NCBI GenBank assembly: GCA_038087875.1
Contig: CM075998.1
Coordinates: forward strand, 5,086,001-5,150,000
Source of the DNA: Malacoraja senta
Taxonomy: Eukaryota
Direction of reading: 5' to 3'
DNA length: 64,000 bases
In this document: positions 26,731 to 38,917 of the stretch, one piece after another
Layout of the letters: every line of letters begins with the position of its first letter
How positions within the stretch are numbered: the stretch's first letter is position 1
Made by a program: the position numbers and the translations under genes
Notes under the pieces: generated by a model
What the model was told of the DNA's origin: nothing
Database searches by the model: none
Seen by the model: only the letters and a program-made list of their open reading frames with translations

Positions 26731-27185
26731 TACATAGATACATAGATACATAGAAAATAGGTGCAGGAGTAGGCCATTCGGCCCTTCGAGCCTGCACCGC
26801 CATTCAATATGATCATGGCTGATCATCCAACTCAGTATCCCATACCTGCCTTCTCTCCCATACCCCCTGATCCCTTTAGCCACAAGGGCCACATCTAACT
26901 CCCTCTTAAATATAGCCAATGAACTGGTGTCAACTACCCATCTGTGGCAGAGAGTTCCAGAGATTCACCACTCTCTGTGTGAAAAAGTTTTTCCTCATCT
27001 CGGTCTTAAAGGATTTCCCCTTTATCCTTAAGCTGTGACCCCTTGTCCTGGACTTCCCCAACATCGGGAACAATCTTCCTGCATCTAGCCTGTCCAACCC
27101 CATAAGAATTTTGTATGTTTCTATAAGATCCCCTCTCAATCTCCTAAATTCTAGCGAGTATAAGCCAATTCTAGCGAGTATAAGT
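26731..27185 (-). mobile_element. CR1 3' fragment nested in BEL
   Basis: RGDLIETYK..QRVVNLWNSLP plus tail. Confidence 0.9.
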
Positions 27186-27198
27186 ATACCTGTACTGG

Positions 27199-29420
27199 TT
27201 AGATATAAAAATGACTAGCTTCAACCCCGGCCCCAATATGAGCAGTTACTTGAGGTGAGGTGATAGCGTCACTAGTAGTTGGCTTCTTCTTCTGTTCCGT
27301 TTGCTCCCGTTCATCTTCTTCTATTTGCTCTGATAGCTCTTCATCTATTTGTTCCGGTTCTTCCTCTTCCAAATGCTCTGGTAGCTCTTCTTCAGTGTGA
27401 AGTGCTTCAGGATGATATTGCTTGCACTTATAACAAATTATAGGACTCCTACAGTCTCTCACCATATGTCCTTTTTTCAAACATCCAAAACAGATTCCCT
27501 TCTCTTTCAAGAAATCCATCTTTTCTTCATATTCCTTGATCTTGACTCTTCGACACCATCTAATGGTGTGACCAACTTCATCACATAACAACAAAATACT
27601 ATTTGCTTGCTAGTAGACACCTTTCTTTTTCTTTCATCTGTCGTTTCCACAGGTCTGGTTGTGATAGCAAAACTACTTCTCATAGGGTCTGATATTTCTT
27701 CAGTTTTGGTAAAGGTAGAACCTTTGCTAGTTGCAATTGGTTTATGATTTTCAATAGTCCCGTAGTGTGGCTCTAACAGGTACCGTACTTCCCTTTCTAA
27801 GAATTCCACCAGGTCTGGTAGCCTGGCTACTTGCTTCCTTTCATCCATTATTCCACCTGCTTCATATCTCCACCTTTCTTTCATTCTTCTGGGCAACTTG
27901 CTAATGATGATTCTAGTATTACTGAAAGATTCATTTCATCCACGTGGCTGAGATTTTCATCGAGCTGCAACAACCTCTCAGAAAAATAGTATATTTACTC
28001 AATGCTTTCCCATCTTCTAGCTTGATTTCTTTCCAAGCATGTGCCTTCTCCATGTATGCGTTAGCAATCCTCTGCTCATTAGCAAAATGTTCTTTAAGTA
28101 ATCTTCTCGCCTTTTTATAGCCATGGCTGCCTGGCTCAATTTGACAACTTTCTACAGGTACCTGAACATCTCCGCTTGTGTACTTCACTAGAAATCGTAA
28201 GCGCTCCTTTTCATCCGTAATTTTCATTTCTAATACTTCTTCTAATGCCCTAACAAAAGCTTCATACCGCAAAGGATGTCCATCATATGTAGGAATTTCT
28301 GCTGGTGGTAGAATGAAAGAAGTATTTTGTCGAGCTATGAATTCAGCTTGACTTTTCACCAATGCCAATAATCCATCCTGATAACCTTGGCTTGGCTCCA
28401 CCTGTTGATAAACAGGCCTCTGTGACTCAAATTGGCCTGCTCGAGCCTGTGCTTCAGGCCTCGGAAAAGCGTGGTCCGCTATTGGTTTGTCTCGAGCATT
28501 CACAGACGCTTCATTAGTAGTTTGTTTTGATCTAGCACTCATTTGCTGAGATGAAGTTTTACCCATCTTACTCTGTTCCAATGGGTTTTATAATCCATGA
28601 AATCCGGTGGCCCTCGATTATGGAATTGATCCAACTGCTGACTCACTTGGAGCAGTTTTTTCTCTTGGTCCAGAGCTCATTGTCTTCGATGATCTAGAGC
28701 TGCATCTTGAACCTTTACATTCCAGTATCTCCTTCGTAGATTTGGCCACCGCCATCTTTGTGTCTAGTTCCAATTGTTCCTTTTCGTCGCCTCATCTCTT
28801 CTTTCCTCTGATCGTTCCATTGTCTCATCTCTTCTTCTTGTCGCTCAATATCATGTTTCATCTTCAAGGCATCCGCTTCTATTAAGTGAGCGGCTAGTTC
28901 AGCTTTAACTCCCAATCGAGCAAAATCCCTTGATACCGAACTGGCTGAAGAACCAGATTTATGTCTTGAGATACTTTTGAGATATTATCTCGTGGTGTGA
29001 CTTCATCTTCCATTCTGGCACCTTGTTGCATCGCACTTCCAGCTGCTTAGCTCGTAAGTTGTGGTATAATTTCAGATAACCACTCATCTGCCTCATCCAT
29101 GTACCATTGAATATCTTCACCTTATCTTCCCACCACTGGGTATGTCTTCTGCGTTCTTATAAGACGGCTGTGAACACAGCAGCACATTTTGTTTCCTTCC
29201 AACCTCTTTGCAGAGGTTCCATAGTTGGCTCATATTACATTTCACTTTGATCGCGTTCTGTACTGATTCCATTAATTTCTTCTGTTTCTCAATTAATCTG
29301 GTAACCTGTTTCCATAATTTGTTTCTCTCCTTCTTGGTTTCTCTCAAGTAGGCAGCATGTGTATTATCTGTTTCTTCTCGATACATGAGTTCTCTGTAGC
29401 TTTCAATTGACTCGTTAACT
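27199..29420 (-). pseudogene. gag: BEL gag, frameshifted, with zinc knuckles
   Basis: LPPAEIPTYDGHPLRY..ERLRFLVKYTSG; CFGCLKKGHMVRDC..CYKCKQYHPEALH. Confidence 0.85.
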
Positions 29421-30087
29421 TATTCCCATATCGAGTTTTCCTCCTTCTTAGTTTCTTTCAGGCAGGCAGGTTGTCCTTGATTAAGCTTGACTTCGCCACC
29501 TTGTGGTTCCTCAGGCATAGCTCTTTCTTCCTCCTCTGGATCCATGATTTTAAAGAAGTCTTAGCAGATTGCCAACTCTTTAAATTCTCTGAATTCTGCT
29601 CCAACTTTGTGTAAACATCGAGTGGCTATTTTGAAAACAATTTCCTCAGAACCATAACAAACTGTTGCCAACATCTCATCACCATCCATGGTCTTAAAGC
29701 TGACGATAGTTCAAAAGGAATGCGTGTTATCAAGACTTCAAAACAATCCAAGGTCGAACTGGCTGGAATCGCCAGACAGTGGAAAAACACTTTCTGGCTC
29801 TTCTTACAGAAGCCGTTTATAAAATTAAAGCTTTTCAGCTTCAAAATTCAAAGAATAATAGTCGATATCTACTCACAATTTCTGTGATAATGTCTTCAGA
29901 TCGTCAGATAAGTCTCTTTGCTGTCGATAGACCTTGAGGCCATCTCTGGCCGAGATCTATTGTCTTCAGTTCCTCGGCTGGAACCGGTCTTCTGGCCAAA
30001 ATCCCTTTCGAGATCTTAGCCAAATCTTCTGTCCCAATCTCTGGGACTGGTATTCAACCCCCTGGTCAGAGGTATCCTTTGACTTAA

Positions 30088-30573
30088 TGCAGCGGCAAAT
30101 TTTTATATCGTTCAAGAGATTACTCCCTCTAGCCGCTAAGTAAACTACATGGTTAAGGGGAATGCCGTGATACGCATGCGAGCTCTCCGTCATAGACCTT
30201 CAGAGCTTCTTCACAGATAAATCTTCATAACACAGTCTTTTGATTAATAAATTCTTTATTGTTGATGAAAAACAATAAGGTGCATCCAAACTTCTTCCGA
30301 CTCGTACACTATAATCTTCATCGAACTCCAGCTTATTGCATTAAACGTTAGAAAATTCCTTGTGTCTTCGTTACACTTCGCATGGTCAAAGGGTAAACCT
30401 TCCCCATGCTGGTCCAAAACTAAACTAACAACTAAGCTTCTGCGCAAGAAACTTAGCTCCAAACACGCCCTATAATACGTCATAAATCCCACCCACAATA
30501 TAAGGGGCAGTCTAAAATTTAAAGACACATGCCATCATTAATGACACACAAAACAAGCCAAATGGCCACCACA
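30088..30573 (-). repeat. BEL 5' LTR
   Basis: Direct repeat of 23444-23929. Confidence 0.93.
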
Positions 30574-30604
30574 AGGATTTTAATCTCAATCTCAAATCTC
30601 AGAT

Positions 30605-31825
30605 AATAGACAATAGACAATAGACAATGGGTGCAGGAGTAGGCCATTTGGCCCTTCGAGCCAGCACCGCCATTCAATGTGATCATGGCTGATCATCCCC
30701 AATCAGTACCCCGTTCCCGCCTTCTCCCCATATCCCCTGACTCCGCTATCTTTAAGAGCCCTATCTAACTCTCTCTTGAAAGTATCCAAAGAACCGGCCT
30801 CCACCGCCCTCTGACTCCACAGACTCACAATTCTCTGTGTGAAAAAGTGTTTCCTCATCTCTGTTCTAAATGGCTTACCCATTATTCTTAAACTGTGGCC
30901 CCTGGTTCTGGACTCCCCCAACATCGGGAACATGTTTCCTGCCTCTAGTGTGTCCAAATCCTTAATAATGTTATACGTTTCAATAAGATGCCCTCTCATC
31001 CTTCTAAATTCCAAAGTATACAAGCCCAGCTGCTCCATTCTCTCAGCATATGACAGTCCCGCCATCCTGGAAATTAATCTTGTAAACCTATGCTGCACTC
31101 CCTCAATAGCAAGAATGTCCTTCCTCAAATTAGGGGACCAAAACTGCACACAATACTCCAGGTGTGGTCTCACTAAGTAAGTAAGTAATTTTATTGGCCA
31201 AGTATTCACATACAAGGAATTTGCCTTGGTGCCCTATAGGGCCCTATACAACTGCAGAAGGACCTCTTTGCTCCTATACTCAAGTAATCTTGTTATGAAG
31301 GCCAACATGCCATTCGCTTTCTTCACTGCCTGCTGTACCTGCATGCTTACTTTCATAGACTGATGTACAAGGACCCCCAGATCTCTTTGTACTTCCCCTT
31401 TTCCCAACATGACATCATTTAGATAATAATCTGCCTTCCTGTTTTTGCCACCAAAGTGGATAACCTCACATTTATCCACATTAAACTTCATCTGCCATGC
31501 ATCTGCCCACTCACCCAACCTGTCCAAGTCACCCTGCATCCTCATAGCACCCTCCTCACAGTTCACACTGCCACCCAGCAAATTTGCTAATGTTACTTTG
31601 AATCCCTTCATCCAAATCATTGATGTATATTGTAAATAGCTGCGGTCCCATCACCGAGCCTTGCGGTACCCCACTAGTCACTGCCTGCCATTCTGAAAGG
31701 GACCCGTTAATCCCTACTCTTTGTTTCCTGTCTGCCAACCAATTTTCTATCCATGTCAGCACTCTACCCCCAATACCATGTGCCCTAATTTTGCCCACTG
31801 ATCTCCTGTGTGGGACCTTATTAAA
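30605..31825 (-). mobile_element. CR1 LINE RT 3' half, with a short LINE-tail insert at about 31174-31233
   Basis: [37 protein letters not shown] plus tail. Confidence 0.9.
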
Positions 31826-31870
31826 TACCATGTGAAAATAATTGAACAGGGTTGGGGAATCAAGACCATA

Positions 31871-32072
31871 GGGCGGCACGGTGGCGCAGCGGTAGTGTTG
31901 CTGCCTCACAGCGCCAGAGACCTGGGCTCCATCCTGACTATGGATGCTGTCTATACAGAATTTGCACCATCTCCCTGTGACCGTGTGGGTTTTCTCCGGG
32001 TGCTCCGGTTTCCTCCCACATTCCAAAGACATGCGGGTTTGTGGGGTAATTGGCTTCTGTAAAAATTGTCCC
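31871..32072 (+). mobile_element. HE1-like SINE, 3'-truncated
   Basis: Head and body. Confidence 0.8.
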
Positions 32073-32596
32073 AAGGGTGGACAAGTTCACAAGTTACAGC
32101 AGTAGAATTAGGCCATTGGGCCCATCGAGTCTACTCCGCTATTCAATCATGGCGGATGTCATGACGCAGCCCAGACCGTCACACACAAACCAACCTCCCT
32201 TCCATCGACTCCATCTACACCTCACGCTGCCTCGGCAAGGCCAGCAGCATCATCAAGGACCAGTCTCACCCCGGTCACTCCCTCTTCTCCCCTCTCCCAT
32301 CAGGCAAGAGGGACAGAAGTGTGAAAACAAACGCACACCGCTAGATTTGTTTAGTTTAGTTTAGAGATACAGCGTTGAAACAGGCCCTTCGGCCCATCGA
32401 GTCGGCACTGACCATCTGTCACCTGCTCACACTTTTGCATTCTACACGCACTAGGGGCAATTTACAGAAGCCAATGCACTTGCACGGATCCTGGATGTGG
32501 GAGCAAACCCGTGCGGTCTACGTGCAAACTCCACACAGACAGCAACCGAGGCCAGGATTGAACGCGTGTCTCTGGCGCTGTGACACCCGAAGGTGT

Positions 32597-33125
32597 GCCA
32601 TAGAGGGAGTGCCATAGAGGGAGTACAGAGAAGGTTCACCAGACTGATTCCTGGGATGTCAGGACTTTCATATGAAGAAAGACTGGATAGACTCGGCTTA
32701 TACTCGCTAGAATTTAAAAGATTGAGGGGGGATCTTATAGAAACGTACAAAATTCTTAAGGGGTTGGACAGGCTAGATGCAGGAAGATTATTCCCGATGT
32801 TGGGGAAGTCCAGGACAAGGGGTCACAGTTTAAGGATAAGGGGGAAATCTTTTAGGACCGAGATGAGAAAAACATTTTTCACACAGAGAGTGGTGAATCT
32901 CTGGAACTCTCTGCCACAGAGGGTAGTTGAGGCCAGTTCATTGGCTATATTTAAGAGGGAGTTAGATGTGGCCCTTGTGGCTAAAGGGATCAGGGGGTAT
33001 GGAGAGAAGGCAGGTGCAGGATACTGAGTTGGATGATCAGCCATGATCATATTGAATGGCGGTGCAGGCTCGAAGGGCCGAATGGCCTACTCCTGCACCT
33101 ATTTTCTATGTTTCTATGTGTCTAT
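32597..33125 (+). mobile_element. CR1 3' fragment
   Basis: AIEGVQRRFTRLIPG..GYGEKAGAGY plus tail. Confidence 0.92.
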
Positions 33126-33684
33126 GAAGGGTCTTGACCCGAAACGCCACCTATTCCATTTTTCTCCAGAGATGGTGTCTGTCCCGCTGAGTTACTCCAG
33201 CATTTTGTGTCTATCTTTGGTTTAAACCAGCATCTGCAGTTCCTTCCTACACAAGTGATACGTGGATACAGGTGAGAGGGGGGGGGGTTGTTTGACAGAA
33301 GATTCCACCACTCACAGGAAGGATGGGGGGAGGGGGGGGGTTAAAAGTGGCTCCACTTTGAATGGAAGCTACCTCAGAGGACACTGTGCAGAATATTTTG
33401 ACGCGAAATGTAGATACATACTGCATACAGTATTTCAGTTTAGTTCAGTTTAATTTATTGTCACGTGTACCGAGGTACAGTGAAAAGCTTTTGTTGCGTG
33501 CTAACCAGTCAGCGTAAAGACAATACATGATTACAATCGAGCTATTCACACTGTACAGTGTACAGGATAAAGGGGATAATGTTTCTTACCTTCTTCAGAG
33601 ATGATTTCATCTCCCTCCTCTCGCCTTCATTTCAATAATGTCATCACCGCTGTACGGTCTTGCAAACATTTAAAATGTATTAGT

Positions 33685-34425
33685 CGTAGAGTCATAGAGT
33701 CAAACAGCACGGAAACAGGCCCTTCGGCCCAACTCATCTAAGGTAGACCCATTCACCGATGTTTGGTCCATATCCCTCTCAACCTTTCTGCTCCACGTGT
33801 CTTTTACATGTTGTGATAGTCCCAGCCTCAACTACCTCCTCTGGCAGCTCGTTCCATACGCCCACCACCGTCTGACTGATAAACTTGCCCCGCAGGTTCC
33901 TATTTTCCCTCTCACCTTTATCTTAGTCCTCTAGTTCTTGATTTCCTTACTCTGGGACACTATCTAACCCCATCGTGGTTTTATAAACCTCCATACGATT
34001 ATCCCTCAGCCTCCTGCGCTCCAAGGAATAAAGTCCGAGCCTGCCCAACAGCCCCCTATAGCCCAGGCCCTGTACAAGTGCCTTTTAAAATGTTGTGATA
34101 GTCCCAGCCTCAACCACCTCCCCCGGCAGCTCGTTCCATACACCCACCACCCTTTGAGTGAAAAAGTTACCCCTCAGGCTTCTATTAATTCCTATTAAAT
34201 CATTCCCTCACCTTAAACCAGTGCCCTATGGTTCTCCACCCCCCCTCCTCTGTGCAAGAGACTGTGCGTCTACCTGATCTATTCCTCTCATGATTTTGTA
34301 CACCTCTATAAGATCACCCCTCATCCTCCTGCGCTCCAAGGAATAGAGTCCCAGCCTGCTCAACCTCTCCCTGTAGCTCAGGCCCTCTGGTCCTAGCAAC
34401 ATCCTCGTAAATCTTCTCTGCACGT
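33685..34425 (-). mobile_element. CR1 subfamily fragments whose tail (gggccgaagggcctgttt) is shared with the SINE
   Basis: QRRFTRML..LGLYSLERRRMRGDLIEVYK; tail gtcatagagtc..aacaggcccttcggccc. Confidence 0.75.
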
Positions 34426-34709
34426 TTTTGACAACGTCCTTCCGTCTCTCAACACCACCGTCTATATCTCTCGTTTTCCTCATCCCTGACTCTCAGTCTG
34501 AAGAAGGGTCTCCACCCGAAACGTCACCCGTTCCTTCTCTCCAGAGATGCTACCTGTCCCGCTGAGTTACTCCGGCATTTTATGTCCAACATCCTTCCAA
34601 GAGCAGGCTGCCCGAGCTTGAAGAGCCATTTTACCACAAAATATGAAGATTAACAAATATTTAAAAGGAAAGCTGACAATTGCTTCAGAACCAATTAAGT
34701 AAATTGCTC

Positions 34710-35003
34710 TTTAGTTTAGTTTAGTTTAGAGATACGGCGCAGAAACAGGTCCTTCGGCCCACCGGGTCCGCGCCGACCAGCGACCCCCCCCCCCCGCACA
34801 CTAACACTATCCTATACACACTAGGGACAATATACAATTAACCCACAAACCTGCACGATTTTGGAGTGAGGGAGGAAACCGAAGATCTCGGAGAAAACCC
34901 ACGCAGGTCACGGGGAGAACGTGCAAACTCCGTACAGACAGCACCCGGGTCTCTGGTGCTGCAGGTGCTGTAAGGCAGCAACTCTACCGCTGCGCCACCG
35001 TGA
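34710..35003 (-). mobile_element. HE1-like SINE
   Basis: Reverse-complement motifs. Confidence 0.85.
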
Positions 35004-35059
35004 CCACCAGGGGGCCTTCTGATCCCCTGTTCATCTGCACCACCTTCGGATTGGGGCAA

Positions 35060-35800
35060 ATTATCTGTCTTTTCGTCTTTTATTGTTATTTTTAGTGTGT
35101 TTTAAAAGTATGTGTTAATGTTCTCTGGTTTGTTTTATGTGGGGGGTGGGGGGTGGGGGGGGCAGGGGGTCGGGGGAAACTTTTTTTCAATCTCTTACCT
35201 TGCCGGAGATGCGATTGTTTTCCGGGTTGTATCTCCAGTCGCTCTGCGGCCTAACATCATGGAGCTGGAGGCCTCACTCGGGACTGACTTTGAGCCCCAC
35301 CACAGGGCCATGGACTTACCATTGGAGCCTGCGATCCCTTGCCTGCGGATTCCACCATCGAGGGCTCAAAGTCTCAGGTAGAGACCGAGTCGGGAAGCTC
35401 CAAGCCGCAGGAGATTCGACCAGCCCCAACACGGGGTCTGATCGCCCGGCGCGGGGAGCTGAGATCCCCCTGATGCGGGAGCTTGATCGCCCCGACGCAG
35501 AGGGCCCGACAACCGGCTACGGTAGCCAAGATTCTCCCGTCAACGGAAGGCTCGAGGCCCCCAACTGCGGGAGAACAAAGAAGGGAAGAGATTGAACTTT
35601 TTTTCGCCTTCCATCACAATGAGGAATGTGGAGGAGTCACTGTGGTGGATGTTCATGTTAAAATGTGTTTGTGTGTTTTGTTGCTTTTTATTAGTATGAC
35701 TGTATGGCAAATGAAATTCCTCGTATGTTGCAAAACATACTTGGCTATTAAAGTATTATGATGATTATGATTATTATGATGATTATTATGATTATGATTC
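35060..35800 (+). mobile_element. GC-rich non-autonomous retroposon with LINE-like tail
   Basis: Same architecture as 12034-12866 (T-rich start, G-run, GC core, gccttccatcac, tail stem-loop, (atgatt)n). Confidence 0.65.
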
Positions 35801-36402
35801 AATGCAGCATCATGGATGAATTTCTGCACAAAATGCTGAGAGTGTTGTCACGCTGACTCCTGCAATGTTGTTTTATGCAAGGCTACGTGAATGAAAATTG
35901 ATTATTTTGAGTTTGATTTTTCAGGCTGAGTCACAGCACACGAAATATTCGACCAGGTACTTCTAACAGGGAATAATATCTGCTCTGCTCTGATGATGAG
36001 GTTTTTGGACACATAGATGGACATTACCATTTATTGCTTTCGTGGTGAACCTCTTTCTTGAACCACTCCTTTGGATGAAGTTACCTCTACTGTACATCGA
36101 TTTTCAGTTTAGTTTAGAGATACAGCATGGAAACAGGCCCTTCGGCCCACCTCCACCCCCCCCCCTCCCCCCCGGTCTCTCTCCACCTGTAATCCTTCAT
36201 CTGGCTTCACATTTCATGGAGTTTCGAAATGATTTAGCCATGATTGAATGGCAGAGAAGACTTGATGGGCTGAATGGCCTAATACTGCTCCTATCACTTA
36301 TGAACTTATGAACTCTCGTATCCTCTCCTTATCTCAGAGCCAATAACTTCATCTCCTTGTTAAAATGGTTTCCTCGGGTGACAATGTCTAATCAAAAAAG
36401 AC

Positions 36403-37005
36403 ACAGAGTGCTGGAGTAACTCAGCGGGTCAGGCAGCATCTGTGGAGAACATGGATAGGTGACGTTTCACAGAGTGCTGGAGTAACTCAGCGGGTCAGGC
36501 AGCATCTGTGGAGAACATGGATAGGTGACGTTTCACAGAGTGCTGGAGTAACTCAGCGGGTCAGGCAGCATCTGTGGAGAACATGGATAGGTGACGTTTC
36601 ACAGAGTGCTGGAGTAACTCAGCGCGTCAGGCAGCATCTGTGGAGAACATGGATAGGCAATGTTTTGGGTCGGGACCCTTCTTCAGATGCATTGCATTAG
36701 GCGAATGAAAGCTGGGACAGAGAGGTGGGGGTAGGACAGCCTGGTGAGTGATAGGTGGATACAGGTGATGCAGGTTTGATTTGCCAGATGCGTGGACAAA
36801 AGCCAGAGATGGATTGAAGATAAAAGGGTGCCCCGACCCGAAACGTCACCTATCCATGTTCTCCACAGATGCTGCCTGACCCGCTGAGTTACTCCAGCAC
36901 TGTGTGAAACGTCACCTATCCATGTTCTCCACAGATGCTGCCTGACCCGCTGAGTTACTCCAGCACTCTGTGAAACGTCACCTATCCATGTTCTCCACAG
37001 ATGCT
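36403..37005. repeat. Two inverted arrays of a 66-bp Penelope pLTR-derived minisatellite
   Basis: Minus units at 36403, 36469, 36535, 36601; plus units at 36840, 36906, 36972. Confidence 0.9.
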
Positions 37006-37975
37006 GAATAAAAAACAAATAGGTGACGTTTCGGGTCGTGACCCTACATCAGACTGAGAGTCAGGGGAAAGATATAGATGGAGATATAGAGCGATAAAGA
37101 ACAAAAACTGGTACAACTAGGGAGGGAGCGGGACAGAGAGAGAGGGGATGCAAGGGTTACTTCAAGTTAGAGAAATCAATATTCACACCACTGGGTTGTT
37201 TGCGGGAGGATGAACTATTTTCTCGTGAAGCTGATAAATTTCCACAAGTGATAGGTGTAGAATTAGGCCATTCGGCCCATCAAGTCTACTTCGCCATTGG
37301 CTGATCTCTCCTTCCTAACCCCATTCTCCTGCCTTCTCTCCATATCCCCTGACACCCATACTAATCAAAAATAGCAAGATTAAATGAGAACTTACCAGTT
37401 TGAAGTTTGATCTTTATTTTATGAGGAGTTACGATGAGTGATTACGTGAAGAAGGCCGTCAGCCCGCATGCGCGTCAATCTTCAAAGCAGCGGTGTGAAA
37501 TCATAGATAACAGTTGTTGAACTAAACACAGTAAGATTAGAGAGGACTAGAACTACCAGATGATCTTTATGATATGAGGGTTGGGAGCGGGGGGCACATA
37601 GATCAGCCATGATCATATTGAATGGCGGTGCAGGCTCGAAGGGCCGAATGGCCTACTCCTGCACCTATTTTCTATGTATCTATAATCGCTCATCGTAACT
37701 CCTCATAAAATAAAGATCAAACTTCAAACTGGTAAGTTCTCGTTTAATCTTGCTATTTTACTTCAGTCACGTGAGTGACTACGTGAAGATTTTAAAGCTC
37801 TGTGATTTCATGCCGTGGATACGAGTCCATGCGTCACACACTGCATCAGTTGACCATGATGAGTGAAAATGATTAATGCATTCAGACATGACATAGACAA
37901 AAAATGCTGATGCTTTAATAATCAAAGAAAATAATAGTGATCCCTCTCATCCACGGGGGAACTATAAAACAGAAC

Positions 37976-38917
37976 CTAAAATGGATTAGCAAAAGCACCT
38001 GGTCTGGCGATAGGTTTGTTATAAAACCTTTGGAACATCCTGCAGCCGCTAGAATGTGGTCGAGAGGGACGTCCATAATCCCTCGCTGCTGACGTAGATG
38101 CAGCCCTGGTGGAGTGAGGTTTAAAAGTGTCAGTGTCCACTCCTGCACATGCCAGAACCTGTTTTATCCATCTTGAAATGATCTGTACTGTAACCTTCCT
38201 ATGAGGTTTTGTGTAGCTGATGAATAAAGATAATTCGGAGCCTCTGAGGCTCTTAGTGACCTTAATGTATTGTAGTATGTGTGTAACTACACACAACCGT
38301 AGGTCTAAGGGGTATGCCATAAAAATTAATTTGAGCCCCGACACTCCTGGTCTGCTCTGCTTAATTAAATCATAAACAAAAATGGTGATATTATCAATAG
38401 ATGAAACCATGCTGTCCAGTCGTAGTTTATATAACGTCTGGACCCGTTGCACCATGAGCATGACCACCTTGAGAGTGAGATTGGGCAGAGACAGAGATGA
38501 AGCTGGAGCCCACTGGCGAAGCAGCATGAGTACCACGCTCACATCCCATATCTGTGAATATCGGGGCCTAGGGGGAGTAGAGTTAAAAATGCCCTTCATG
38601 AATCTGGTTATTAAGGGGTGAGACCCGACAGTGTGGTGTCCTGACCCCAGCCATAAGTAAGATGACAAAGCGCTCCTAGCACTATTTATGGCACTATAGC
38701 TGAGTTTCTGATCGTAGAATAGTGTAGATAGGAACTCCAACACATCCGTAATGCAAGCCGTGTCATACGAAATATTCGAGAGAGAGCAGTACATCTCCCA
38801 TTTCCTTATATGAGTGATGTACTGTTTCTGGGTGCTCTTCCTCCAGGCCGCAGTGATCACATCTACCGTACGATCTGAAAGTCCGAGCCCCAGGAACGGT
38901 CTCCTCAGAATCTGCAA
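37976..38917 (-). pseudogene. DIRS tyrosine recombinase (C-terminal frameshift)
   Basis: SYSAINSARSALS..QRVQ..KQSRPG..ISRWIK..HSTRAAS. Confidence 0.9.

Larger units (their letters stand above)
23444..30573 (-). mobile_element. BEL/Pao LTR retrotransposon, both LTRs present, internally deleted
   Basis: 486-bp TG..CA LTRs; AGGAT TSD at 23439-23443 and 30574-30578; PPT-like GGGGGCCGGTA next to the 3' LTR; gag, zinc-knuckle, protease, RT and RNase H remnants. Confidence 0.92.

Noticed and set aside
35910..35962. Possible micro-exon (ttttcag..ccag|gtac); similar case near 57380-57435
   Set aside because: Splice-like motifs alone are expected by chance; no supporting evidence.
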